A stretch of 64,000 nucleotides of DNA from Victivallales bacterium (GTDB lineage: Bacteria > Verrucomicrobiota > Lentisphaeria > Victivallales > GWF2-38-69), in NCBI GenBank assembly GCA_965228125.1, contig OZ245791.1, positions 2,378,240-2,442,239 of the forward strand, read 5' to 3'. A model generated the notes under the pieces. It was not told the DNA's origin, searched no databases, and worked only from the letters and a program-made list of their open reading frames with translations. Shown here piece after piece: positions 17,245 through 24,383 of the stretch. Made by a program: the position numbers and the translations under genes. How positions within the stretch are numbered: position 1 is the first letter of the stretch; each line of letters starts with the position of its first letter.

Positions 17245-17697
17245 GCTTTTATTTTTATTATTGTACTTACATAAAAGTAAAGTTTTTGATTCATAATAAC
17301 TATTGCACCATTGCCATTTTTCATAAATCTCTTTAGGTGCTTCTGATTTATCGTTAATAATAATAAAACCAAATTGTTTATAAAAATTTTCTAAGCATTC
17401 AAATGGAAGACAGTATATTTGGCAGTAAATATTGGAATTTTCAAGTAAAGCACAAACCATCCTCCGCGCAATGCCTAATTTTCTAAATTCTTTGAATACA
17501 TATATGCCACCTAATTCAGATGTAGTTTCATCAATTTTTTGAAGCCTACCGATACCTGCTTTATTGCCATTGAATTCTGCTATTACTATATATTCGTTGC
17601 TGTAATTTGAGTGTTTGAATTTAATTTCATCATATTTTTTATTTATCCACTCTATTTCTTCTTGAAGACATTTTCTTATATTTATTTTTCCGTTCAT
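17239..17697 (-). CDS. GNAT family N-acetyltransferase (cassette 2)
   Basis: FRKLGIARRMV acetyl-CoA-binding motif and a length of about 150 aa. Confidence 0.75.
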   Translation of the reverse strand: MNGKINIRKCLQEEIEWINKKYDEIKFKHSNYSNEYIVIAEFNGNKAGIGRLQKIDETTSELGGIYVFKEFRKLGIARRMVCALLENSNIYCQIYCLPFECLENFYKQFGFIIINDKSEAPKEIYEKWQWCNSYYESKTLLLCKYNNKNKSL

Positions 17698-17705
17698 TTT
17701 TCTCC

Positions 17706-17779
17706 CTATAACAAAAAGCTCACCTATCAGTGCAAAAGCGACAGCGTTTCACTGATTAGGTGGAGCGACCTCGTTAGAC
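17706..17779 (-). repeat. attC site (cassette 1)
   Basis: CTATAAC...CACCTATCAGTG-CAAAAGCGACAGCGTT-TCACTGATTAGGTGG...GTTAGAC. The long stem has a bulged base, and the site overlaps the last ~10 codons of the cassette 1 ORF. Confidence 0.8.
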
Positions 17780-18267
17780 TTCTTTTTATTTATTTTTTCT
17801 TTCTCAGCCGGTAATATTACTGCAAGTTCGTCACTTATATCTAAACCAAATGCAGAAGTAATTATGGCAACTCTTAATCCTATCGCAGCTCTCAATACTC
17901 CCAAAGAACTGAAGAAAGTCCATTCTTCTATACTACCACATAATGGTCTATGGTTTATTCTATGAGTTTGTACCGTATCGAGAAATTTTCTACACTCTGC
18001 TCTAATAATATTTAAATGTTCAGTCAAATTTTCAATATCATCCCATTCCATTAGCTTATCTGTAAGAAATTGTCTTATATACATTATTGAATGAATACAA
18101 TGTTCTGGGACTTCTATAGAATAGTCGTTGTAGAGAACTCTTTTATCTTCTAAAAAAGTTATTATTTGCTTTGCTTTTGTTCGGGAAGTTTTATCTGGAT
18201 TCCAAGATATACCAAAGAAAGGACAACTTATTCCATTAATTCTTTTGAAGATAGATTTAAATTTCAT
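17749..18267 (-). CDS. Hypothetical protein (cassette 1, integrase-proximal)
   Basis: 172-aa ORF preceded by AAAGGAG. I identify no catalytic motif. The C-terminal tail (...NEVAPPNQ) is encoded by the attC. Confidence 0.6.
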   Translation of the reverse strand: MKFKSIFKRINGISCPFFGISWNPDKTSRTKAKQIITFLEDKRVLYNDYSIEVPEHCIHSIMYIRQFLTDKLMEWDDIENLTEHLNIIRAECRKFLDTVQTHRINHRPLCGSIEEWTFFSSLGVLRAAIGLRVAIITSAFGLDISDELAVILPAEKEKINKKKSNEVAPPNQ

Positions 18268-18282
18268 ATTATCTCCTTTCAG

Positions 18283-18289
18283 TCTAACA
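18283..18289 (-). other. Cassette 1 boundary box GTTAGAC (R' core; former attI x attC junction)
   Basis: The minus strand reads GTTAGAC, a perfect GTTRRRY and the exact reverse complement of the R'' box of cassette 1's own attC (plus-strand GTTAGAC at 17773-17779). Confidence 0.7.
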
Positions 18290-18309
18290 TTAATTCTATT
18301 GATTTGTTA

Positions 18310-18317
18310 ATTATACA
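18310..18317 (-). promoter_or_regulatory. Candidate Pc-like promoter: extended -10 TGTATAAT reading into the cassette array
   Basis: The reverse complement of 18310-18317 is TGTATAAT (TGnTATAAT). It lies about 20 nt upstream of the cassette 1 boundary. There is no convincing -35. Confidence 0.4.
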
Positions 18318-18354
18318 CCCTTCAGGTTAACGGAAAAATATTTTTCCAGGAATT

Positions 18355-18785
18355 TTACTCAATCTGTATCAGGCATTTAACGATTTGCTATTTGTTTATA
18401 GAAATGTCCTTCACAGAGATCCGGGAGATTTATCGCAGACGCTAAGAGCCAAGAAACATGAAAACATTCCTGTGATAATGACTAAGAATGAGTGTTTAAA
18501 AGTAATTGAGAATCTCGATGATATATATAAATTGATGTCAAAGGCCATATACGGTGGGGGATTGTGCCTTACGGAATGTATCAGGTTAAGGATTCAGGAT
18601 GTGGATTTTGAACGGCAGGTCCTGACTATACGTGGAGGCAAAGGAAATAAAGACAGGGAAACTTTATTTCCGTCTATTTCAATTGAAGAGTTAAAATTTC
18701 ATATTGAAACAATAAAGGAATTTTATGAACTTGACAGGAGTAATGAAACAAGCTTGGAGTAAGAAGCCCGTTGGATCTACTTTAG
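18355..18785 (+). pseudogene. intI: Integron integrase (IntI) remnant, truncated and internally deleted
   Basis: The frame containing 18385-18762 reads ...NLYQAFNDLLFVYRNVL...PVIMTKNECLKV...AIYGGGLCLTECIRLRIQDVDFERQVLTIRGGKGNKDRETLFP.... This aligns with IntI residues of about 85-205 as I remember IntI1. An in-frame stop at 18328 removes the N-terminus. After the stop at 18760, another frame (18756-18785) reads GVRSPLDLL*, the conserved IntI C-terminal end. Confidence 0.8.
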
Positions 18786-18863
18786 ATTTTTGGGATATTT
18801 AGCATCCCTTTTTCGGCAATGTATATATCAGCGTTTTTAGACTGGTAAAAAACAATGTCAAAG

Positions 18864-20012
18864 TTAAGCTTTTGCCAGAACTTCCTTAATGGCATCAACG
18901 ACATCATCGACGTCCTGTTCTGTCATGTCAGGGAATAGGGGAATGGTGCAGATTCTTTCAGAGTTATAATCTGTATTCGGGAGAACTCCCGGAGCGATGT
19001 TCATTGTTTCACGGTAGTATTTTTGGACATGTGCTGCAAGGAAGTGAAGCCCTGTGCCGATATTGAGTTTTTTCAGTTCTTCCATAAATTGATTACGGTT
19101 AATCTTGTCTGAAACTACCCTGACGATAAAAATATTCCAGGCATGAGTAAAGTTGTAGTTAGGATCGCTTAAGGGAAGAACTCCTGTTACATTTTTAAGT
19201 TTCTCTCTGTAAAGCATTGCCAGTTTTGTACGTTTTTCATTCATTTCCGCAAGCCTTGCAAGCTGTCTTACTCCAAGCACGGCAGCTATATCAGTGAGGT
19301 TGTACTTGTATCCGGGTTCTACTACCTGGGCCTGTGGTGAACGGCCCTGCTGTTTCCTGTCGAAAGCGTCAACCCCCAGTCCGTGGAATTTAAGTTTTCT
19401 TAGTTTATCTATCAATTCCGGATCATTTGTAGTAACCATTCCGCCTTCACCAGTTGTGATATTCTTAATAGGATGGAATGAGTAAATCGCGGTATTGTCA
19501 CAGCCGACATGTTTGCCTTTATAGAAAGTTCCTATTGCGTGAGCGGCATCCTCTATGACTGTAATACCATGTTTTTTTGCCAAGGCATTGATTGCGTCCA
19601 GATCTACAGGAGCGCCGGCATAATGAACAGGGATAATGAGTTTTGTTTTGGGCGTAATACATTTCTTGATAGTTTCTGCTGTGACCAGCAATGTATCACG
19701 GTCAACATCGGCAAAAACAGGAGTGGCTCCTGCAAGGACAATCATATTTACGGTGGAAACCCAAGTCAATGACGGAGTGATAACTTCATCGCCGGGGCCG
19801 ATATTTAAAGCTTTGAGTACGATGTGCATTCCGGCGGTAGCGGAGGTTAGAGCAACTGCGTACTTGGCTGTAGTATATTCGCATAGATTTTTTTCGAAAT
19901 CGGCATTCCATACACCGGTTGTAATCCAGCTTGATAGCAGGACTTTGCTTACGGCTTCAGTATCTTCTTTAGTAATAGATGGTTTGCAGAAAGGTAGAAA
20001 TTCTTGTCTCAT
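18864..20012 (-). CDS. DegT/DnrJ/EryC1/StrS family sugar aminotransferase (ArnB-like)
   Basis: MRQEFLPFCKPSITKEDTEAV start and SFHPIKNITTGEGG (PLP lysine). The 29-codon N-terminal extension in the ORF track was rejected. Confidence 0.85.
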   Translation of the reverse strand: MRQEFLPFCKPSITKEDTEAVSKVLLSSWITTGVWNADFEKNLCEYTTAKYAVALTSATAGMHIVLKALNIGPGDEVITPSLTWVSTVNMIVLAGATPVFADVDRDTLLVTAETIKKCITPKTKLIIPVHYAGAPVDLDAINALAKKHGITVIEDAAHAIGTFYKGKHVGCDNTAIYSFHPIKNITTGEGGMVTTNDPELIDKLRKLKFHGLGVDAFDRKQQGRSPQAQVVEPGYKYNLTDIAAVLGVRQLARLAEMNEKRTKLAMLYREKLKNVTGVLPLSDPNYNFTHAWNIFIVRVVSDKINRNQFMEELKKLNIGTGLHFLAAHVQKYYRETMNIAPGVLPNTDYNSERICTIPLFPDMTEQDVDDVVDAIKEVLAKA

Positions 20013-20202
20013 AAAAACCCCCTTAATATCTGAAATAAAGTAAATTGAAAAACATTTAGAGCTAAACAGAATATTCCAAAATGAAGATAAATCAAACATA
20101 GCATGGAGAAAACTTTGTTTTCATAAGCAAAATTTATAACCTTGTCATACAAACATAATGATATAAAATTAGTGATTATCTTTTCTGTTAAACTCAAGAA
20201 TT

Positions 20203-21450
20203 TTGGAAGTTATGAACACAGTTAATCGCCTTACATGGTTGTCTTACCTGATTTTTATGTTCCTGGGATGTGAATTTATTTCTCAGGGAGTGCTTATATT
20301 ATTTGTGTCAAAAACTTATGGAATAAGTCTTGCCCACGTGGGGTATCTGCTTTTTATTCCGTCTCTTATACAGGCGGTGGTGACATATTTTAACGGATAT
20401 TTTTTAGAGAAGACTGACCTCAAACATCAGATACACATCGGGCTGGGCGCAATTTCCTTGAGCTTGATCTGTCTCATAAGCAGTTATTACCCTATTTTCC
20501 TAATAGGCCTCTTTGTACTTGGATTTGGGAATGGGATACTTATTTCAGTTCCTAACTATCTGATAGTTACTTTGCACAACGAAAATAAATTTCAAAAATT
20601 AAACATAATAAATTTCTTTTTCAGCGTAGGCGGAATTATCGGCCCGTTTTTACTTGGGCAGCTATTGGAGATAAGCTGTCCCTGGCAATTAGCTGTAGCC
20701 ATATCTTTTGTTTTTCTGGGTTTGCTCTTTTGGCTTAATAAAGCTATAGAGTATTCGAAATTTGCATCAGATGAACCAGAAGAAGAAGATGCAGAAAAGA
20801 AGATAACGTGGCATTTAAGCATTTACCTGATAGCGGCGGCTCTTTTTTTCTATGTTCTTTCTGAGTGTATTTTCTCCGCGTGGATAGTTTCGTATTTCAA
20901 AATTGTCTATAATTTTTCTATAGCCAAGGCCACTCTCGGGCTTACGATCTACTGGATGTTTATCACCTTCGGGCGATTCGGGGCAGATAAAATCGGTAAA
21001 TATATGAGGATTTACCAGTTTATACTCCTTTCGAGTTCTCTTGCTTTTTTGGCGTACCTGATGATCTTCCTAAATAAAAACACCACTTTTGACCTGATTA
21101 TGATAGCGTTGATGGGGCTTGGTTATGCAGGGCTTTACGCTTCCATCCTTTCCTATGGAATAGACCAGCTCCCTTATAACTGCCCGAAACTTATGAGTTT
21201 TATGGTTTTGGCAGGAACCATCGGAGGAGTTCTGGCATTGCCGTTTTCAAGCTTCTTTGTAAACCGTTTTAGTATTTTAACAGCACTGGCGCTTGGGCTT
21301 GGGATCCTGTTTATGGTTATAGTATGCATTTATTTTACCATCAAAGACAAGAATAATCCTGTAAAGGATGAAAAAGGTTCAAAGAACTTAAAGAACGTTG
21401 TGAGAATTTCCCGTTTCTTCATTAGAAAATTCTGGCACAAAATAATTTAA
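20203..21450 (+). CDS. MFS-type transporter
   Basis: 12 predicted TM segments in two halves with a charged central loop and a GRFGADKIGK-like MFS motif. Confidence 0.6.
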   Translation: MEVMNTVNRLTWLSYLIFMFLGCEFISQGVLILFVSKTYGISLAHVGYLLFIPSLIQAVVTYFNGYFLEKTDLKHQIHIGLGAISLSLICLISSYYPIFLIGLFVLGFGNGILISVPNYLIVTLHNENKFQKLNIINFFFSVGGIIGPFLLGQLLEISCPWQLAVAISFVFLGLLFWLNKAIEYSKFASDEPEEEDAEKKITWHLSIYLIAAALFFYVLSECIFSAWIVSYFKIVYNFSIAKATLGLTIYWMFITFGRFGADKIGKYMRIYQFILLSSSLAFLAYLMIFLNKNTTFDLIMIALMGLGYAGLYASILSYGIDQLPYNCPKLMSFMVLAGTIGGVLALPFSSFFVNRFSILTALALGLGILFMVIVCIYFTIKDKNNPVKDEKGSKNLKNVVRISRFFIRKFWHKII

Positions 21451-21607
21451 TTATAATAAAGTTACATCTAACAAAAGACTTATTTGCGGGTATGTTATTT
21501 CGTTTTTAGCAAGAAACTCTAGGGAAATGACAGAGTTCCTCATCGGTAGTCGTGTCTCATTGTGTCGTGCTAGCGTTATCAATAACGATTATTAAACAAT
21601 TCCAAGA

Positions 21608-22984
21608 ATGGTTGTATCCATGAGAGTCGCTTTAGTTGAACTTTCCAGCCGTGACCGCCTTAATATTTATGCGTTAATCAAGATGGCGAGGGGTATTCCT
21701 TTGTTGGCTGCTATTTTGAAACCGTTGGGGCACAGCGTCGATTGTTTCGTTGAAACTATTCAAAAAATCGATTGGAGAGAATTGCTTGACTATGATTTGG
21801 TCGGTTTCAGCATTATCTCCTGCACTGCCAATCCGACTTATGTTATGATCAAAGAGCTTAGAAAAGCGGGTTATAAGGGGAAGATTTTGGTTGGCGGCCC
21901 ACATGCTACAGTTCTGCCTAATGAATCATTGGAAGCTGGTGCTGATGCGGTCGTCAGGCACGAAGGCGATAAGACTTTTCCTGCTCTTCTTCAAGCGATA
22001 GAACTGAACAGTTGTTGGGAAAATGTTCTTGGTATTAGTTGGAAAACTCAGACTGATGTCTATTTGCATAACCCAGATCGGGAGTTATTGACAAGAAAGG
22101 AGCTTTCTGATTTGCCGCTGCCCGCGTTTGAAACTATTCGGGGGCACCAAAAGATACACCAGCTTCCTCTGATGTTCAGCAGAGGCTGCCCGTATGATTG
22201 TGTTTTTTGCGCGGTGAGAAGCTTTTTTGGTACGTATCGTTTTACAACGGCCGATTCGCGCATTCAGCAGCTTAGGACATTAAGAGATATATATCCTTGG
22301 TTTTGGGAAAACTGTACTATCTTTTTTGCCGATGATAATTTTTTTGGCACTCAAGAAAGCCAGCTTATAACCAAAGAGATGCTGAGACGTATGAAAGCAG
22401 AAAATCTTATACCGCCAAAGGGTTGGGTCTGCCAAATGCGGGTAGCTGATGCTGATTTGGGAAATGCTCAGTTATTGAAAAACGCCGGCTGTATTGTTGT
22501 TTGTCTAGGTATTGAGTCAATCGATGCCATCGCACTTAAATCTATACACAAAGGACAAACGCAAGAGGATATCCGTAAGGGACTGGCTAATCTGCATAGA
22601 CAAGGCATTGATACATTGGCTATGACTATTGCCGGCATTGACACTGATACTTTCTGGTCGTTTTTCAGAGGAATTCGTAAATTACGCGAATGGGGCATTA
22701 CCTATCTTCAAATCCTTGCGATGGTGCCATTGCCTGGTACAAAAATGACAAATCAGTTATTAGAGAAGAAAGTAAAATTTTCCCGTAACTATGACCACTA
22801 CAACGGAATGCATGTTCTTATAAAACCCGCACGAATGTCCATGTTTAGCGTCTGGATGTCAGTTTATTTCGTGACTATCTGGTTTTACTTTTTTACTACT
22901 CACGGCCTAAAACTTTTCACAAAACGGTCTAAATATTATTTGAAGATGATGTTTATTATGTTTCGCCAAACCTACAAAATATAA
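21608..22984 (+). CDS. B12-binding domain radical SAM protein
   Basis: N-terminal Rossmann-like B12-binding region (DLVGFSIIS...ILVGGPHAT) followed by SRGCPYDCVFC (Cx3Cx2C). The C-terminus is hydrophobic. Confidence 0.8.
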   Translation: MVVSMRVALVELSSRDRLNIYALIKMARGIPLLAAILKPLGHSVDCFVETIQKIDWRELLDYDLVGFSIISCTANPTYVMIKELRKAGYKGKILVGGPHATVLPNESLEAGADAVVRHEGDKTFPALLQAIELNSCWENVLGISWKTQTDVYLHNPDRELLTRKELSDLPLPAFETIRGHQKIHQLPLMFSRGCPYDCVFCAVRSFFGTYRFTTADSRIQQLRTLRDIYPWFWENCTIFFADDNFFGTQESQLITKEMLRRMKAENLIPPKGWVCQMRVADADLGNAQLLKNAGCIVVCLGIESIDAIALKSIHKGQTQEDIRKGLANLHRQGIDTLAMTIAGIDTDTFWSFFRGIRKLREWGITYLQILAMVPLPGTKMTNQLLEKKVKFSRNYDHYNGMHVLIKPARMSMFSVWMSVYFVTIWFYFFTTHGLKLFTKRSKYYLKMMFIMFRQTYKI

Positions 22985-22991
22985 GATACTT

Positions 22992-24035
22992 ATGACTGAC
23001 AACGGCATTGTTAAAAAACGCAGAGTGCGGTACAAGGGGACGCATCCCCGGCATTTTGAAGAAAAATACAAGGAGTTGAACCCTCAACTTTATGCCGACG
23101 AAGTGAAGAAGGTCATAGATCACGGAAAAACCCCCGCAGGAATGCATCGCCCCATTCTTGTCAAAGAGGTTCTTGATGTTCTTGATCCAAAACCCGGGAT
23201 GGTGGGACTTGATGCGACTCTTGGTTTTGGCGGGCATGCACAGGAGTTGTTGAGGTTAATTGTGCCAGGAGGGCGGCTTATTGGCATAGATGTAGATCCA
23301 TTAGAGTTGCCCAGAGCTGAAGCTCGTTTGCGAAGACTTGGCTTTTCAGAGGATGTCCTAATCGTTCGACGGATGAACTTTGCGGGTTTGCCTCAACTTT
23401 TGCCGGAAGCCGGCGGTGCATTTGATTTTGTGCTTGCAGATCTTGGCGTTTCGTCAATGCAGTTGGATAATCCGGCTCGGGGGTTTTCTTTTAAAATCAA
23501 TGCTCAGTTGGATCTTCGCCTCAACCCTGGCAAGGGCCAAAGTGCATCGACACTCCTTAAGTCAATAACTCAGGAAGGATTGACAGAGCTCCTTATCTCA
23601 AATGCCGATGAACCCCACGCATCAACAATTGCAAAAGTGATATTTGACAATAAACATCAGATTGATTCGACAAAACAATTGGCGGATATTATAGCTTTGG
23701 CTTTAAGGCGCCTTCCGGAAAAAACACGGAAAGATGAGACTAAAAAATCACTGCAGCGGACATTTCAGGCTTTGCGAATAGCGGTCAATGACGAGTTGAC
23801 CGTGCTTGATCAGTTTCTCAGTCTGCTGCCAGGAAGTCTTAGAGCAGGCGGACGCATTGCAATTCTAACATTTCATTCCGGCGAAGACCGCCGTGTGAAA
23901 AAGTCTTTTCTAGAAGGGTATCGTTCCGGCATCTACTCCAAAATTACCCGTGAAGTTATTCGGCCTTCGCCGGAGGAGCGCTATGCTAATCCAAGGGCGG
24001 CATGCGCAAAGCTCCGTTGGGCAGTAAAAAGTTAG
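22992..24035 (+). CDS. rsmH: RsmH (MraW)-like SAM-dependent rRNA cytosine-N4 methyltransferase homolog, outside a dcw context
   Basis: HRPILVKEVLDVL..G..LDATLGFGGHA, DLGVSSMQLD, RTFQALRIAVNDEL, FHSGEDRRVK and NPRA..AKLR motifs match RsmH. It carries a ~50-aa basic N-terminal extension. Confidence 0.75.
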   Translation: MTDNGIVKKRRVRYKGTHPRHFEEKYKELNPQLYADEVKKVIDHGKTPAGMHRPILVKEVLDVLDPKPGMVGLDATLGFGGHAQELLRLIVPGGRLIGIDVDPLELPRAEARLRRLGFSEDVLIVRRMNFAGLPQLLPEAGGAFDFVLADLGVSSMQLDNPARGFSFKINAQLDLRLNPGKGQSASTLLKSITQEGLTELLISNADEPHASTIAKVIFDNKHQIDSTKQLADIIALALRRLPEKTRKDETKKSLQRTFQALRIAVNDELTVLDQFLSLLPGSLRAGGRIAILTFHSGEDRRVKKSFLEGYRSGIYSKITREVIRPSPEERYANPRAACAKLRWAVKS

Positions 24036-24205
24036 TTCTTTGCAGAATTTTAGCCACAGCCTGTTAATCGCATCTAAATTTCAAGCAAGTCCATCTTTCT
24101 TTTAACAGCAAGGTCGCTTATACCGTCAGCTGCCCTATAATTCAGATAATATAGAGTCGGTATTTAAACTAGAATAACCCCAAACAAGGTTAAAGGAGTT
24201 ACAAA

Positions 24206-24319
24206 ATGGGCGACAAAGGCGGGAAAAAGAATATAAGCAAGAACCAGAAACAAGCTGCAACCAAAAAAAATCAGGAAACCAAAAAAAAGCAGGATAAGCA
24301 GAAGAAGAAAACTCCTTAA
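24206..24319 (+). CDS. 37-aa lysine-rich small protein
   Basis: Manual translation gives MGDKGGKKNISKNQKQAATKKNQETKKKQDKQKKKTP*. AAAGGAG sits 7 nt upstream. It is below the ORF-track cutoff. Confidence 0.4.
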   Translation: MGDKGGKKNISKNQKQAATKKNQETKKKQDKQKKKTP

Positions 24320-24383
24320 GTGTGCTAAGCTCTAGGACAAAGATAAAGAATCAATAGATGAGTGCGGATTATGGAGGGCGATG

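Larger units (their letters stand above)
8317..18785 (-). mobile_element. Chromosomal integron: 17 gene cassettes bounded by 17 attC sites, plus an attI/intI remnant
   Basis: All ORFs are co-oriented on the minus strand. Each is followed by a 56-77 nt imperfect palindrome bounded by nnnTAAC...GTTAnnn. For at least six cassettes the 7-mer at the cassette start is the exact reverse complement of the box at its own attC: 8382/8852, 11917/12379, 15472/16028, 16081/16562, 16614/17185 and 17773/18283. A divergent integron-integrase remnant lies at the proximal end. Confidence 0.9.

Noticed and set aside
8317-18289. Regularly recurring ~60-nt palindromic repeats that could be mistaken for a CRISPR array or REP/MITE elements
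   Set aside because: The spacing is 0.4-1.4 kb with a complete ORF in each interval. The repeats are imperfect palindromes with TAAC/GTTA cores whose boxes pair cassette by cassette, which makes them attC sites rather than CRISPR repeats.
18385-18762. 125-aa ORF in the track that could be annotated as an intact small recombinase gene
   Set aside because: It corresponds only to the middle portion of an integron integrase. It begins at a TTG inside the homologous region, lacks the N-terminus and the whole catalytic C-terminal domain, and the C-terminal motif survives in another frame. I call it a pseudogene.
20013-20099. N-terminal extensions of track ORFs (aminotransferase to 20099, cls from 30846, topA to 47914, dctP to 28976, dnaX to 35656)
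   Set aside because: The extensions are hydrophobic or low-complexity, overlap neighbouring genes or promoters, and internal ATGs reproduce the canonical family N-termini. The dctP choice also gives an ATGA overlap with the upstream stop.
21451-21607. Possible cobalamin riboswitch upstream of the B12-binding radical SAM gene
   Set aside because: No B12-box (GCCACTG-like) or conserved core was seen. Only short hairpins and a 14-nt palindrome are present.
21608-24035. Radical SAM/RsmH region as a compositionally distinct island
   Set aside because: Spot GC counts (about 37-47%) fall within the range of neighbouring core genes. Only the integron array stood out as AT-rich.
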